Below are positions 1 to 12,362 of a stretch of 64,000 nt of DNA, in pieces. A program made the position numbers and the translations under genes. The stretch lies in assembly GCA_038087875.1 (NCBI GenBank), contig JAXLNO010001028.1, positions 1 to 64,000 on the forward strand. The letters are read 5' to 3'. This DNA is from Malacoraja senta. Its lineage: Eukaryota. How positions within the stretch are numbered: the stretch's first letter is position 1; each line of letters starts with the position of its first letter. The notes under the pieces were generated by a model, which was given only the letters and a program-made list of their open reading frames with translations, searched no databases and had not been told where the DNA came from.

Positions 1-445
1 TTCTCCTACGCTGGGATCAGTCTCCGCTTTCCATTTGGCGACATCTCCGACTCAACTCCATACACCGCCTCCCCCACACCCTCCTCCCCCCACAACCCCA
101 ACCTCGCCCCTCCCCCCACAACCCCCCTCCCCCCACACACCCTCCTCCCTCACACTCTCCTCCCCCCACAACCCACCTCCACCACACAACCCCCCCTCCT
201 CCCCCCACAACCCAAACCCCGCCCCACCCCCCACAACCACCCCTCCTCCACACCCTCCTTCCCCCACAACCCCAACCCCCCCTCCCCCACAACCCCAACC
301 CCGCCCCTCCCCCCACAATCCCCCCTCCCCCCACACTCTCTTCCCCCACAACCCCAACCCCGCCCCTCCCCGCACAACCATCTCCCCCCCCCCACAACCC
401 CAACCCCGCCCCTCCCCCCACAACCCCAACCCCAACCTCGCCCCG
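1..445. repeat. C-rich degenerate minisatellite / low-complexity tract
   Basis: Recurrent ccccacaacccc/cctccccc units; explains the Pro-rich and Gly-rich spurious ORFs. Confidence 0.85.
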
Positions 446-959
446 GAGGCTCAGCGATAGAGTTGCTGCCTTAACACTCCGGGTTCCAGAGTTTGTACAT
501 TCTCCCCATGGGTTTTATAGACAATAGATAATAGACAATAGGTGCAGGAGTAGGCCTTTCGGCCCTTCGAGCCAGCACCGCCATTCAATCTGATCATGGC
601 TGATCATTTTCTCCGAGATCTTCGGTTTCCTTCCACACCAAATACTGGTTCGTAGGTTAATTGTGTTGGTATAAATGTAATTTGTCCCTCGTGTGGGTCT
701 TGTGAGTCTGTGGAATTCTCCACCACAGAGGACGCTTCTCTGGAAACTTTCAAGAGAGAGCAAGATCGAGCTCTTGAAGATAGCGGAGTCAGGGGATGTG
801 GGGAGAAGGCAGGAGCATGGTACTCATTGTGGATGATCAGCCATGATCACATTGAATGGCGGTGCTGGCTTGAAGGGCTGAATGGCCTACTCCTGCACCT
901 ATTGTCTATTGATAGTGTTAGTGTGCGGGGATTCCTGGTCGCTGGTCGGTGCGGACTAA

Positions 960-1598
960 GGGCCTGTCCCACTTGGGCCGTCACTTACGCAACAGGCCGG
1001 TAGTGAAGGTCGCGCGATGGTCCCGTGAGAGTCGCGCGCGTCATCATGCGCCCGCACAGCCGTCTGGAGCACGTGACGTCATTTGAAAATGGGCACAAAA
1101 TGCAGGAGTAACTCAGCGGGGACCGGCAGTATCTCTGGAGAGAAGGAATGGATGATATTTTGGGTCGAGACCCTTCTTCAGTCTGAAAGAAGGGTCTTGA
1201 CCCGAAACGTCACCCATTCCTTCTCTCAAGAGATGCTGCCTGTCCCGCTGAGTTACTCCGGCATTTTATGTCTATCTTGGATCGTCTTGGCCCCGATCTG
1301 GGAGTAGGAGTGGGGGCGGATCCGGATCCGCAACGGCTGTGAGCTGAGTTCGACGATCGTTTGCCTGCTTCAGCTGCTGTTGGAGGTGAGACGTTGCGTC
1401 GCGTCAGGGTCTTGGGCCTGTCCCAACTTTGGCCGTCAGTTACGCGACAGGCTGTTGGCACGTGAAGATTTTGTGCAGGACAAAGTCCACATTCCTCCAC
1501 ACCATACCATGCGCCCGTCCCCGTGCTACCCACGTACTACCTACACGCTAGCAAGTCGCGTAAATGGCGCGCGAAAGACAGCCAAGTGGGACAGGCCC
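960..1598. mobile_element. Harbinger-type MITE, compound (two left ends, one right end), inserted in a SINE tail
   Basis: GGGCCTGTCCCACTTG at 960 and a variant at 1414; inverted CAAGTGGGACAGGCCC ending 1598; TAA/TTA flanks. Confidence 0.6.
1086..1278. mobile_element. Fold-back (palindromic) Penelope-end-derived element with head-to-head hammerhead-like cores
   Basis: ~95-bp arms symmetric about 1182; plus-strand CTGAAAGA-AGGGTCTTGACCC-GAAACGTC-ACC at 1183-1214. Confidence 0.75.
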
Positions 1599-1871
1599 TT
1601 AAGGCCCTGTTTCAGCACTGCATCTTTAAGCTAAACTAAAACATGGGTGAAGTCAGCACCAAAACTCAGAATCATAGTTCAAACACCAGTGAGTGAACTG
1701 TCAAATATTGGCACATGCCAGATTTTGGTTAACAGTAACTACATCGCAAAATATAGTTTGTAAAAGATAGATAAATATTTGAGGCAAAGGAAAATAAAAG
1801 CTTGCAGGAAAAGGCAAAGGTTATAGGATTGTTCCAGCAAAGAATCAATGATCCTTTATTCACTTCCATAC

Positions 1872-1964
1872 CTGCACCTCAAACGTCTGGATTGAATCCC
1901 CTTCCTCGTTATACGTGTATGGTCCCAATAGGATCCCTTCGGCTTGATTTTTATCATCCAAGCC
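1872..1964 (-). CDS. SUN domain exon (GLDDKNQAEGILLGPYTYNEEGDSIQTFEVQ)
   Basis: cacag acceptor, gtatgg donor, 93 nt phase 0/0; matches GLxDE..EG.LLG.FTY...G..IQTF motif. Confidence 0.88.
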
Positions 1965-2891
1965 CTGTGAACAAGTAGAAATTAGCAACCTTTACACACA
2001 GAAAATTACTCTCCAGTCACCCCAACAATTCTACCAGCTGGTGAAAGCAGGACTTTCACCCTTGCCTGGAAGAAAGCTTCAAGATTCAAGATTCAAGAGA
2101 GTTTATTGTCATGTGTCCCTGATAGACAATGAAATTCTTGCTTTGCTTCAGCACAACAGAACATAGTAGGCATTGACATAGTAGGCAAGACATTGGTTGA
2201 ATATATAAAGTCATTTCATTTCAAACAGTCAATTGGAAAAATGTCATTGCCTCATTTAGCACATGAAGTGAATCTGTACACAATCAAACAGAATGAAACG
2301 ATGCGTAGCATCAACTCTCATCTGTGGTAGAATCAGTGTGTCCCACCACAGGTGTCTCATCAGGCACCTCTATACCTACTAGAGTGGAAGCAAGTCATCC
2401 TCAATCCTGAGAGAATACCAGTGAAGAATTGTTCACCCCCACTCAGGAAAGCACTTGGCATAAAAATTGTCCCTAGTATGTGTAGTGTTAACTTTAATCT
2501 CATCTATTGGTTGTAAAGTTGCTTCATCACTGTATGAAGCTTTTGTGGTTAGCAGTGTTGAGGATTGTGCAATAAAGTGACAAAACTCAGTGAAGACAGT
2601 GAAAACCCAGAATCACAGTTCAAACATCAGTATGAGCAACTTGTGTAGCATGGAAGATTGAAGATTATATTAGAGGGCCTTCTATTTGAGGGATTATTGT
2701 TCTGGACTGTGAAATGGAATTTACTCATTTTTAACAGAACTTGTTAATGTTATTGACGTGGATTGTGAGACCACTCGGGACCCTGAACATGGAATCCAAT
2801 GTCCAAGAATGCCTTGCCATGTTCAGCAGCATGCTCCACACAAACACCATGGTTCCCAAACATTCACTCATATTCTATACGTTTCACTCAC

Positions 2892-3059
2892 ATAAACAGA
2901 TTAGTCTTGAGGGGCACTTCTAATTGATCCACTCGAAGAAATGGATCTTGGAATGTGCTCTAGGGTAAAGGCTGTAGGCCTGATCCGGACAGCAAGCTCG
3001 ATGACAACAAAGCCTTGGGAGCCTTTAAATGGCCAACAGTTCTCAGGATAAACCTCCGG
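2892..3059 (-). pseudogene. SUN domain exon with premature stop (PEVYPENCWPFKG...SAPQD*SVY)
   Basis: tgcag acceptor, gtgagt donor, 168 nt; TAA at 2903-2901 where family members have Phe (SAPKDF). Confidence 0.9.
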
Positions 3060-3149
3060 CTGCAAGAGAGAACAAGAACAAAACAATTAGGAAAGATTCT
3101 CAGTTTCATTTCGATATTCAGTGCGGAAACAGGAAATATTAACACTATC

Positions 3150-3372
3150 CTACCCACACTCGGGAAAATTTTTTTTTTACATTTACTAAGCCAATTAACC
3201 TACAAACCTGTACGTCTTTGGAGAGTGGGAGGAAACCGAAGATCTAGGAGAAAACCCACGCAGGTCACTGGGAGAACGTACAAACTCCGTACAGACAGCA
3301 CGCATAGTTGGGATCGAACCGGGGTGTCTGGCGCTGCAAGTGCTGTAAGGCAACAACTCTACCACTGTGCCG
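3150..3372 (-). mobile_element. HE1-like tRNA-derived SINE
   Basis: Minus strand GGCGGCACAGTGG...GGTTCGATCC A/B-box head plus conserved body gtttgtacgttctccc. Confidence 0.8.
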
Positions 3373-5133
3373 CCCACAATTCTCTACCCACAATTATCCC
3401 CCTTCCTTTCAACAGAACACTGATTCTTCCTAAAGGGACAGCAAAGATTTGGATTTTTGGACACGATCCACCTGATATTTACAGAATAATGAAAGGCATA
3501 GAGTGGATGTGGAAAGGATGTTTCCACTGGTGGGAGAGTCTAGGACCAGAGGACATAGGCTCAGAATTAAAGGGTGCGCCTTTAGAAATAAGGTGAGGAG
3601 GAACTTCATTACCACAGAGGGCTGTGGAGGCCAAGTCAGTGGATATTTTTAAGGCAGAGATAGACCAATTCTTGATTAGAACGGGTGTAAAGGGTTATTT
3701 TGGGAACAGGGATGGGTTGTTGGGGTGGGGTTTGCTATGGCAGGAATCTGCAGTCTCGACCCCTCAATGTTTTCTGCCAATTTACGTCAACCCTGCACAA
3801 TGAGAAAACGCGCTACAATTTTCCAGCCGAGCCCATTTGCTGCTTTTGGTTCATGGTGTGACAATTATTAAGTTAATGCAGAGAACAGGAGTTACTGAGA
3901 CATTTTTAACACACTGTCCCCAAGACAGATACTCTCACACCATTTACAAAGTATCAGGACAAGTACCTGAACCAGCAGGACCTCTGTCTCGGGCAGTGTG
4001 ATCAAATGCAACCCAAAATATGCTTTCTCCGATCTCCTCTAAATCTTTCTTTGCTTTAAAACCTCAACCCTCTGGACTTAGGCACCTCTGTAAGCTGCTG
4101 GCAAATGGGATTAGTTGTACGGGTACCTGATGGTTGACGTGGACATGTTGGGCACAAAAGGCCTGTTTCTGTGCTATATGACTCCATGTGGATTTAACAA
4201 ATCTGAACTCAATTGAAGATTTGACAAACACACTGGCAATCTACATCCAGGTGAGAGGAATGGGGAGCAGAAAGCGTCAGAGTTTGGTTAAAGCAGATGG
4301 AAGGAGCCACTTTTCCTTAAGGAAGGATATTTTTGCTATGGAGGGAACACATCAGAAGTGCAGCAGATTAACTGTAGGGATGGCAGGGCTGACGTATGAA
4401 GAGCAATCTGGTCAATATTCACTGGAGTTTGGAAGGAATGATCATTTTATAGAAACCTACAAAATGTAGAAGTTGTAACAGGACTGGAAAGATTCGAGGT
4501 AAGATGTTCCTGATGCTGGGGAGTTTCAGGACCAGGATCACAGTGCGAGGATAAGTTGAGGTCATGTAGAACTCAGAGGGGGAGAAATCTCTTCATCCAG
4601 AGTGGAGAACCAGAGGAATTATCTATCATGGAATGCAATTGAAATCATATCGTTGAATATACTCATGAGTTAAATATTGTTCTTGTAGCTAGAGGGACCA
4701 AGAGGTAAGGGGAGAAAGGTATGGGGAGTCCCCCAACTGGGGACACAATTTGGATAATCAGCCATGATCACACTGAGGGGTTGAGTGGGCTTGAAGGGCC
4801 ACATTGCTTACTCCTGTTCATAATTTCCATGTTTCTATTCCATATCCCACAACTGTGGTACTGAACAAGCACGCATGGTGGGCCAGTGCATGATTTTTTG
4901 GACATATATATCAATACCTTGCATTCTTCTGACTGGGAAGAACTGTTATGCAGACAGATTATGTTTCACATAAACCTGGGGAAAGCAGAGGACACACACT
5001 AGTTGTGGTGCCCCCAACAGTAAATCTTGAAGTTGTGGACCTATAGCGTCCCTGTACCTTGCTGCCTCTAGGAGAATATTCGAAGGTCACTGCTTTCAAG
5101 ACAGAAGGGAGCAGCAGTACAAGGATTATATAC

Positions 5134-5246
5134 CTGAATGACAGCTGTGGGTGAGTGAGATTGGTACCACAGTGGAAAGCCAAACAGACTAAGTATAGTC
5201 TTGGTCTCTAACGTCTCTGTGCAGCGTGTGTGGATCACACTGCCAC
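5134..5246 (-). CDS. SUN domain exon (GSVIHTRCTETLETKTILSLFGFPLWYQSHSPTAVIQ)
   Basis: ttag acceptor, gtatat donor, 113 nt phase 1/0; typical SUN N-terminal/KASH-lid sequence. Confidence 0.9.
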
Positions 5247-6679
5247 CTAACAAGAGAAAACAGAATCATTATCATATCACTGAATGGACAAAGTTAATCA
5301 TGAATCCTTCAAGAAATATGCAGGTTTGCAGGGAACTGCAAAACTCTGGCAGAGGGATTGGAAAGTTTTTGCTTGAGTGCTGACCACTAAGAAGAACTTT
5401 CCAATTTGTCCAACTGCAGAAATAATTTAATGTTACAATCACAATTGTTTAAGTAAACTTGAAAGCTAATTTTCATACAATGTCCAACAGGTTGGAGCAC
5501 AGAATCCAGCTGAAACTTTCAATGCACAGCTGAATGGCGACCAGGTGGCAGTGGTTGGAAAAGTACCCTCCCAAATCTCAACCATTTACTTGCTCTCATC
5601 ATTTTTCCATTCAACACAACTATAATAAACAAGGAGCTGTTTTTGCAAAAATTAAGTACAATGAGAAAGATTTCTGTAACATAAAATGGGAGTAAAATTT
5701 CTACCAGCTGACCAAGATATAAAAATATTGTTATTTGTGGGCAGTTAGCTGGGAACATGTGCAACCAATGACTGCTGTCTGCATAGGTTCTTTTTCTCAA
5801 TTATATAAAGCCATATAGCATTACATCTGACCTAGTTTAGAGACTAACCAGAAAGGACGATTTATCTTGTAGAACATATAATTTTTAAATATTGTAGAAC
5901 ATATATTTACATCGCAGAAACAGGCCCTTTTGTCCCACTGTGTCCACACCAACCATGATGTCAGCCTAACTCATCCCATTTGACTGGACATGGTCTACAT
6001 CCCTCTACTCCCTGTCTGTACATGTATCTGTCCAAATGCCTTTTAAAGATTACTATTGTATCTGCTTCCACCACCTCCCCTGACAACACACCTACAGCTG
6101 TGCAAGAAAAACTTGCCTCACACATCTCCTTTAAACATCCCCCCTCTCACCTTAACTCTATGCCCTCGCGTATTTGACATTTCCACCCTGGGGAAAGACT
6201 GCCTACTCTATCTATATATCTCTCATAATTTTATATACTTCTATCAGGTCTCGTCTCAGCCTCTGACGTTCCAGCAAAAACATTCCGTTTGTCCAACCTC
6301 CCCTTATAGCTAATATTCTATTCTAACATTCTGTCTAATCCAGGCAGCATCCTGGTCATTCTGCCGATGGCTGAAACCTAAAGTAGATCTTCAGCTTTCT
6401 ACACAATTCCAATTGTCCAATGTTAGCTTGAGAAGAACCAAGCTTCTATCCACATTTCAAACCATGAGCATGTCTTCTTTTCTTGCTCTTCTACAGGTGT
6501 TTAAGATTTCATTCGTCTGCCACTATATGCATCCTCACCGATCCAGCTGGTATCGACATTCATCTCAAATATCTCCTGGTCTCCAGTCTATCTATTTTGT
6601 TCTCACTTTCTCTGCAACGTAAACTTTGCTTCACGGAATAAAACTGGCCATCCAACAGAAGATGGGAGCAATTAAATCA

Positions 6680-6870
6680 GGGCAGCACAGTGACGGATCG
6701 GTAGACCTCCTGCCCGACAGCACCAGAGACTTGGGTTTGATCCTGACTACGGGTGCTGTCTGTACGGAGTTTGTACATTCTCCCTGTGACCGCATGGGTT
6801 TTCTCCTGGTGCTCTGGTATCCTCCCACACTCCAGAGATGTACAGGTTTGTAGGTTAATTGTAAGTTGTA
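6680..6870 (+). mobile_element. HE1-like SINE (3' truncated)
   Basis: GGGCAGCACAGTG head, GGTTTGATCC B box, conserved body. Confidence 0.75.
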
Positions 6871-7115
6871 AAATTGGCCAGAGGGCAGAATAAGACCCAT
6901 CTTTTCTTCATACGCATTAAATGACTTGGAGTTCCAGATTTGTAGATGATACTGTGAACTGGGGATATTCATGGAATTGGAGGCAAATACAGAATTGGGT
7001 TTGAACAGCTGTAATTCAAATGTGAAATATTTCATTTTGGGAGGAGGGATAAGGCAATGTAAACTAGAGGGCACAATTCTAAAAGGAGTGAAGAAACAAC
7101 AGTGTCTCTGGAATG

Positions 7116-7149
7116 GGTGACGTTTCGGGTCGAGACCCTTCATCAGACC
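7116..7149 (-). ncRNA. Minimal type-I hammerhead ribozyme motif (best copy)
   Basis: Minus strand GGT-CTGATGA-A-GGGTC-TC-GACCC-GAAAC-GTC-ACC: conserved core, stem II, palindromic ACGT stem III, GUC cleavage triplet, 3-bp stem I. Confidence 0.72.
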
Positions 7150-7741
7150 TTCACATCCTTCTTACACACGTGGGTGATATATGTGCCTAATTTACTGAAA
7201 GAAGGAAGTTTAGGATGTTGTTTAAAAACGCCTGTACTTTATAAATAACAGCTCAGGGTACAAGAACAAAGAAGTGATGGGGAACTTTGTAAAACACAGG
7301 CTTGGCCACAGCTGGAGTAGTGCATCCAGTCCTGGCTGCCTGCCCTCAGAAAGGCATGAAGCTTCGGAGAGAGTGCACAAGAGAGTAACCAATGTGTTTG
7401 CAGGGATGGTGGAGCAGTGGACAGAATGAAGATGGCCGATGGTGCCCCAGGACAAGGCCATCCCACCGATGGCTCGGCCTTTAAATGAGTTGTGGCTGGT
7501 GCAACATCAAACAGTTACAAGTTAAATTAACATTCAGCAGTGTGAACCTCAGCAGCTCTGGGGAAACCTGTACTGTCAACATAGATTTGTACTTGCCTAT
7601 TCAGGACATATTGCCCAGTGTGAAAGAGACCCCATTCCACAGGAGCAAGTCAAACATGACTAAAGTGCCAGCCCACACAACACCCTTTCAGTCTGTTACA
7701 TTCAGAGTTTTACTTGGCCCAGGCTTTTGTCTGATACTTAC

Positions 7742-7826
7742 CAGCAGATTCCCGTGCATAATCCACCAATCCAACCCTGTCAGTGCTGTACAGTTTCAGG
7801 GCTTGCTCCACAATGCTTTTCACTTC
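7742..7826 (-). CDS. SUN-like gene exon (EVKSIVEQALKLYSTDRVGLVDYARESA-G)
   Basis: ggtag acceptor, gtaagt donor, 85 nt phase 0/1; matches the ALxxYSxDxxGxxDYALES motif preceding SUN domains. Confidence 0.88.
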
Positions 7827-8219
7827 CTACCAAAGAATAAAATAACAATAATCTGGGATAAGAAGGGGGTAGTAGAGTGTAATAGAGTGCAGAGCCCACA
7901 CATATACAGAAACCAGACAGGCAATGCTCCCTTCAACAGTTCCCACAAAATGATCCATCTTATCCATTCCCATAATCTGGAATTAGCAAGGTGTAATAAA
8001 AGTGAGCGATGGAGAGCCCAAGTATACTCCATAGAAGGCAGCAGGATTATGTGATCAGGTCAATAATTATTACAGTACATTGACATGGATAGGACAGGTT
8101 TGGAGGGATCTGGGGCAAACGCAGGCAGGTGGGACTAGTGTAGCTGGGACATGTTGGCCGGTGTAGACTTATGCAATGTTCCATTCAATTTGACATTGCC
8201 TTACTACCTGTCCTTCACA

Positions 8220-8790
8220 GAAAGGTTCCTGAAGAAAACTACCTGTGACCACGTGATCAAGGTAGAACGAGCTACAGGCACTGTGGGAGAAGGACTCGAT
8301 GGATCCCATCAGATGGCTCCCCAAGCAGACAGAGGAACTCGCCAACAGTAGTGTGAGGAGCCCTCCCAGTCAGACCCTGCCTGCTCTGTCAGAAAAGCAC
8401 CCCACTGCACGCTGCCATTGAGATGGTTGTGGTGTGGACAACATTCACCTCCTTATGCACTGGGTGTTTGACAGGAAGGTCAGAAGAAGAATGCAAGGGC
8501 TCTTGTCATGGTTCACCCTGAGCAGTTGTGCATTATTGATCTAGGAGCTGTTCACAGGGACGCACAACAAGATAAATGTCAACTGCTGCTGGAAGATCAT
8601 TATCTCAGCGGAAGACTCACTTTGGTCTGCCTAAACATTGATCTTCCTGCATAAGATGTAGGTAAATAAATTGCTGCCGACTGGCACATTCCAGGGTGTG
8701 AGAGTATGTGGTGTGAGGGACACACTGAAGCTCAGTGTAGTCACTGCAGAGGCTGTGGGGGAATGGCCTTGGTCTAAGGTCCGGCCACCA
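8220..8790 (+). mobile_element. Old Tx1/L1-like LINE ORF2 C-terminal remnant
   Basis: Broken frames read GALPVR...TARC..DGCG...HLL...RKV..RMQGLLS...LAHSRV.EYV, the C-terminal zinc-knuckle region of Tx1-like elements. Confidence 0.5.
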
Positions 8791-9003
8791 CTAGACACTG
8801 AGGGGCTCTCAGACACTTCATGGGAGCACTGTTTAAGGATGTGGTGTTCATTGACACATTGCAAGTGAAAGTGCTGAATTGATGGAACGTAGAGTAAGAC
8901 ATGCCACAATTTCATTAACTGTATATATTATGAATACATTACTTTTCTGAAATACAATAGTGTGTTCCAGAGTTAGAGCCACTGGCTGCTTGCATGCTTG
9001 TAC

Positions 9004-9298
9004 CTTAATAATCCCTGCTCTGACAGCTGCCGAGTGTGTCTCCATACCGAACTGTGGTGGGGAACAGAAAGATCTTGGAGAGCTTGTTGTGTAGGAAGGA
9101 AATGCAGATGCTGGTTTACGCTGAAGATAGACACAAAATGCTGGAGTTACTCAGCGGTCCAGGCAGCATCTAATGCTCCAGAGATGCTGTCCATCCCGCT
9201 GAGTTACTCCAGCATTTTGTGTCTATCTTTAGAGAGCTTGTTCATGCGCCTTTGAAGATAGTGGGACAGGCATCTTGGAACTGTTAGCTCAGCTGTAC
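9004..9298 (-). pseudogene. SUN-like gene, decayed exon interrupted by a 143-bp fold-back insertion
   Basis: ttacag acceptor at 9299-9300, gtacaa donor at 9003. Removing 9089-9231 plus one TSD copy leaves 141 nt (47 codons, phase 0/0) ending AAVRAGIIK, but with TAA and TGA in frame. An EQALQDL motif appears in a shifted frame. Confidence 0.5.
9089..9231. mobile_element. Fold-back Penelope-end element with 11-bp TSD
   Basis: GAGAGCTTGTT at 9078-9088 and 9232-9242; inverted arms, central ribozyme part deleted. Confidence 0.8.
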
Positions 9299-10449
9299 CT
9301 GTAACATTGTGTGGATTCTGGTTGCCTCCCTACAGGATTGATGGGAGTTCACTAGAGAGGCACAAGAAATGTTTACGACCTTGGCAGGACTGCAGAAGAA
9401 AGGTTGCAAGGAGAGAGTCGCCAGGAACTGCAGCGGGTAGATTGTTTGAGTGGCTATAATATTATAGAAAAAAAGAAAAAATGCTGGAGTAACTCAGCGG
9501 GACAGGCAGCATCTCTGGAGAGAAAGAATGGATCATGTTTCGGATTGAGACCCTTTTTCAGACGTCTCGACCTGAAATGTCATCCATCCCCCCCCCCCCC
9601 CCAGAGATGCTGCCTGTCTCACTGATGTCTATCTGTGGTGTAAACCAGCATCTGCAGTTCCTTCCTACACATAAGGCGATGATATTTTGACTGGTTCATT
9701 CAGAGTAAACAAGGTAACCATCTTTCCTACACAAAGTTGGAAATGTAATTCAATTAGCAAGTCAAGTCAAGTGAGTTTATTGTCATGTGTCCCTGGTAGG
9801 ACAATGAAATTCTTGCTTTGCTTGAGCACAACAGAACATAGTAGGCATTTACTACAAGGCATTCTATAAATATATACACAATGGTCAATATACTGATAAA
9901 GTGCAAATAACAGTATTGGCTAGTAAAGTTCAGTGTTATGTCCGAGCCAGGTTTAATAGCCTGATGGCTGTGGGGAAGTAGCACAAGGGTTTGATGCAAT
10001 TAGTACAGTGGGCCAAGGGTTCACTGCCTGAATGGTTGTTGGAAGCAGAACTCACATTTACTGGGCACCTGGACCAGCAGTAGAAGAGGCTGTGAGTGAG
10101 ATTCACCTGGCCTCCCAGCACGTAAAACAGAAGGTGGGAACTATAGGTCAATTGACAGATACATGGATAGGACAGGTTTGGAGGGATATGGACCAAACGC
10201 AGGCAGGTGGGACCAGTGTAGCTGGAACATGTTGGTGGGTTTGGGGGAGTTGGGCCGAAGGGTCTGTTTCCACACTGTATCACTCTATGATTCTAATTCA
10301 TCCAGCACTCATAGTTCACAAGAGGAAATAACTAATCATTTGGTAAGCTGCATCTAATCAAACGTAGCCGACATGGTTTAATGAAAATCATGTGTGATAA
10401 AACCTGACAGGATGTGATAGGGAGTTGATAAGGGAAACCTGTAAATGTA

Positions 10450-10612
10450 GGAGGAAGGAACTGCAAATGCTTGTTTAAACCAAAGATAGACACAATAAGC
10501 TGGAGTAACTTAGCGGCTCAGATAGCATCTCTGGAGAAAAGGACTTTTCTATTTGTTTTCTCCAGAGATGCTGTCTGACCCGCTGAGTTACTCCAGCTTT
10601 TTGTGTCTATCT
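10450..10612. mobile_element. Fold-back Penelope-end element with 12-bp TSD
   Basis: CCTGTAAATGTA at 10438-10449 and 10613-10624. Confidence 0.8.
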
Positions 10613-11289
10613 CCTGTAAATGTAATGTGTATTTAGATCTCCAAAAGGCATTTGCCACATATGAGGACAAATGTGCTAACATGGACTGAAAGGTGGAAGT
10701 GATATAGAAAAACAAGTTAGAATAAATGCGTGAAAACTGCAGATGGAATAAATGTGAAAAACAAAATGCTGGGAACAATCGGGTCAGGCTGCATCTGTAG
10801 CCAGAGAAACAGAATTCATGTTTCAAGTCAAAGACCCTTCGTCAGAACTGGGGAAGTGACAACAGAAACTTGTAAAGCTGCACAGGTGGGTGGATGACTC
10901 TGATAGTGTCAAACCAGGTGACCATGGGGATAAGCTGCACACAAAGTTATCTGGTCAAGGAGTGAATATGAGCGGTTAGGTTCTATATAAGGAAAATAGA
11001 CAAAGATCGTAGCAGTTGCAAAATGCAGAGCAAGAAGACATGTCTAGGAAGGAACGGCAGATGCTGTTTAAACCAAAGATAGACAACGGGACAGGCTGCA
11101 TCTCTGGAGAGAAGGAATGGGTGACGTTTCTGGTGGAGACGCTTTTCAGACAAGACATGTCTGGCAGGTCAGCATGGACATGCCCTCCACTTTTGGATAG
11201 AGATTTTAAAAAACAAGCCAACTCAATTATCACAAATGGACAACTGATACTAACAGAGGAATCAAGTTACCCAAGATTATCAAATTCCG

Positions 11290-11515
11290 TTCAAGCCCAG
11301 AGGACTGCCAAGAGCACAAATGGAAGGTGAGATGCCATTCCTCAAGATTGCTTTGAGCCTCATTGCAACAGTGCAGGAAGTCACAGACTGTTCATTCACT
11401 CCCACATCCAAGAGTCAGAATGAGATAACAGGAAGCTCAGGAGTGCCCCATGGATCCAACACAGGTGCTCCACAAAGTGGAAACCCAACGCCTGTTTGGT
11501 TTCTCCAATGTTGAG
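11290..11515 (-). mobile_element. Degenerate Penelope GIY-YIG endonuclease fragment
   Basis: NIGETKQALGFHFVEHL resembles YIGETKRRLGDRFAEHL. Confidence 0.55.
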
Positions 11516-11762
11516 GACACCACGTCGTGAACACAGGGAAAGGAGCAGAGGGGGAAAAGGAGAGACAGTGAGAGAAAGGGAAGAACACAGTAGAGAGGGA
11601 GGGAGAGAGTGAGAGTTGGGTGTTAAAGAAGGGTGGGGAAGAGGGCAAGTTACTTTCCACACTTTCCTCTTCACCTCAATCTCTTTGATCATCTCCAAGG
11701 TAGACGAAGTGCTAAGTTTTGGCCTTTTGCAGTTAAATAAAAAACTATTTGGGAAAACTTAC

Positions 11763-11919
11763 ATCAGTCATACTTTTAATTCTGTTTTCCAAAGCTTGCA
11801 TGCTGGAGTCCATGTCCTTCTGTGCTGCACGTGCAGCCTGCAGCTCCAGCCGTGTCTGGCTGAGCTGCTCCTCCAGCAGCACCAGTGCAGTCAGAAGCTG
11901 CTTCTGTTCATCTGTCAAC
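11763..11919 (-). CDS. SUN-like gene, coiled-coil exon (LTDEQKQLLTALVLLEEQLSQTRLELQAARAAQKDMDSSMQALENRIKSMTD)
   Basis: tatag acceptor, gtaagt donor, 157 nt open frame with heptad pattern. Confidence 0.75.
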
Positions 11920-12212
11920 CTATAATAATAATAATCAATATAATGTTATTAGCCAAGTATGCATACATACAAAAACTTGCCTTGATGCTTTGGTTGCAAG
12001 GATAAAAACATGATATACAGTAGACAATTAAAAATAAAACATTATAATTTAAACATGTGGAAATAAAGTACCAGAGTAAAAAGAGGCTACAGATTTTTGG
12101 CTGTTGAGTAGAGCTACTGCTTGTGGAAAAATACTGTTTTTATGTCTGTCTGTGGCCCAGATCAAATCTGTCCTATACAGGACAAAGCAAGTCATCAGGG
12201 TGCAGGAGCAGA

Positions 12213-12362
12213 GGCGGCACGGTGGTGCAGAGTAGAGCTACGGCCTTACAGCACCAGAGACCCGGGTTCAATCCTGACTACCGGTGTAAGGGTGATCGTT
12301 GGTCTGCACGGACTCGGTGGGCCGAAGGGCCTGTTTCCACGCTGTACCTCGAAACTAAAAAA
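12213..12362 (+). mobile_element. HE1-like SINE, internally deleted
   Basis: A/B-box head joined directly to the CR1-type tail gggccgaagggcctgtttcc...ctaaaa. Confidence 0.75.

Noticed and set aside
17-460. Pro-rich / Gly-rich ORFs resembling extensin or formin
   Set aside because: Translation of a low-complexity C-rich repeat; open on both strands, with no splice or domain support.
1086-1278. Fold-back elements as classical MITEs
   Set aside because: TSD length varies (8-13 bp), arms are often unequal or tandem, and the arm is the same sequence as the Penelope 3' end.
3015-3596. 193-aa ORF
   Set aside because: Chance read-through of an antisense SUN exon, a SINE and a CR1 remnant.
6340-6600. 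Possible additional SUN exon on the minus strand
   Set aside because: Stops in the frames examined; neighbouring exons 7742-7826 and 5134-5246 already join in phase.
12213-12290. tRNA genes at SINE heads (also 3300-3372, 36043, 59413 and others)
   Set aside because: A/B boxes only; they continue into the conserved SINE body and LINE-derived tail, with no convincing cloverleaf.
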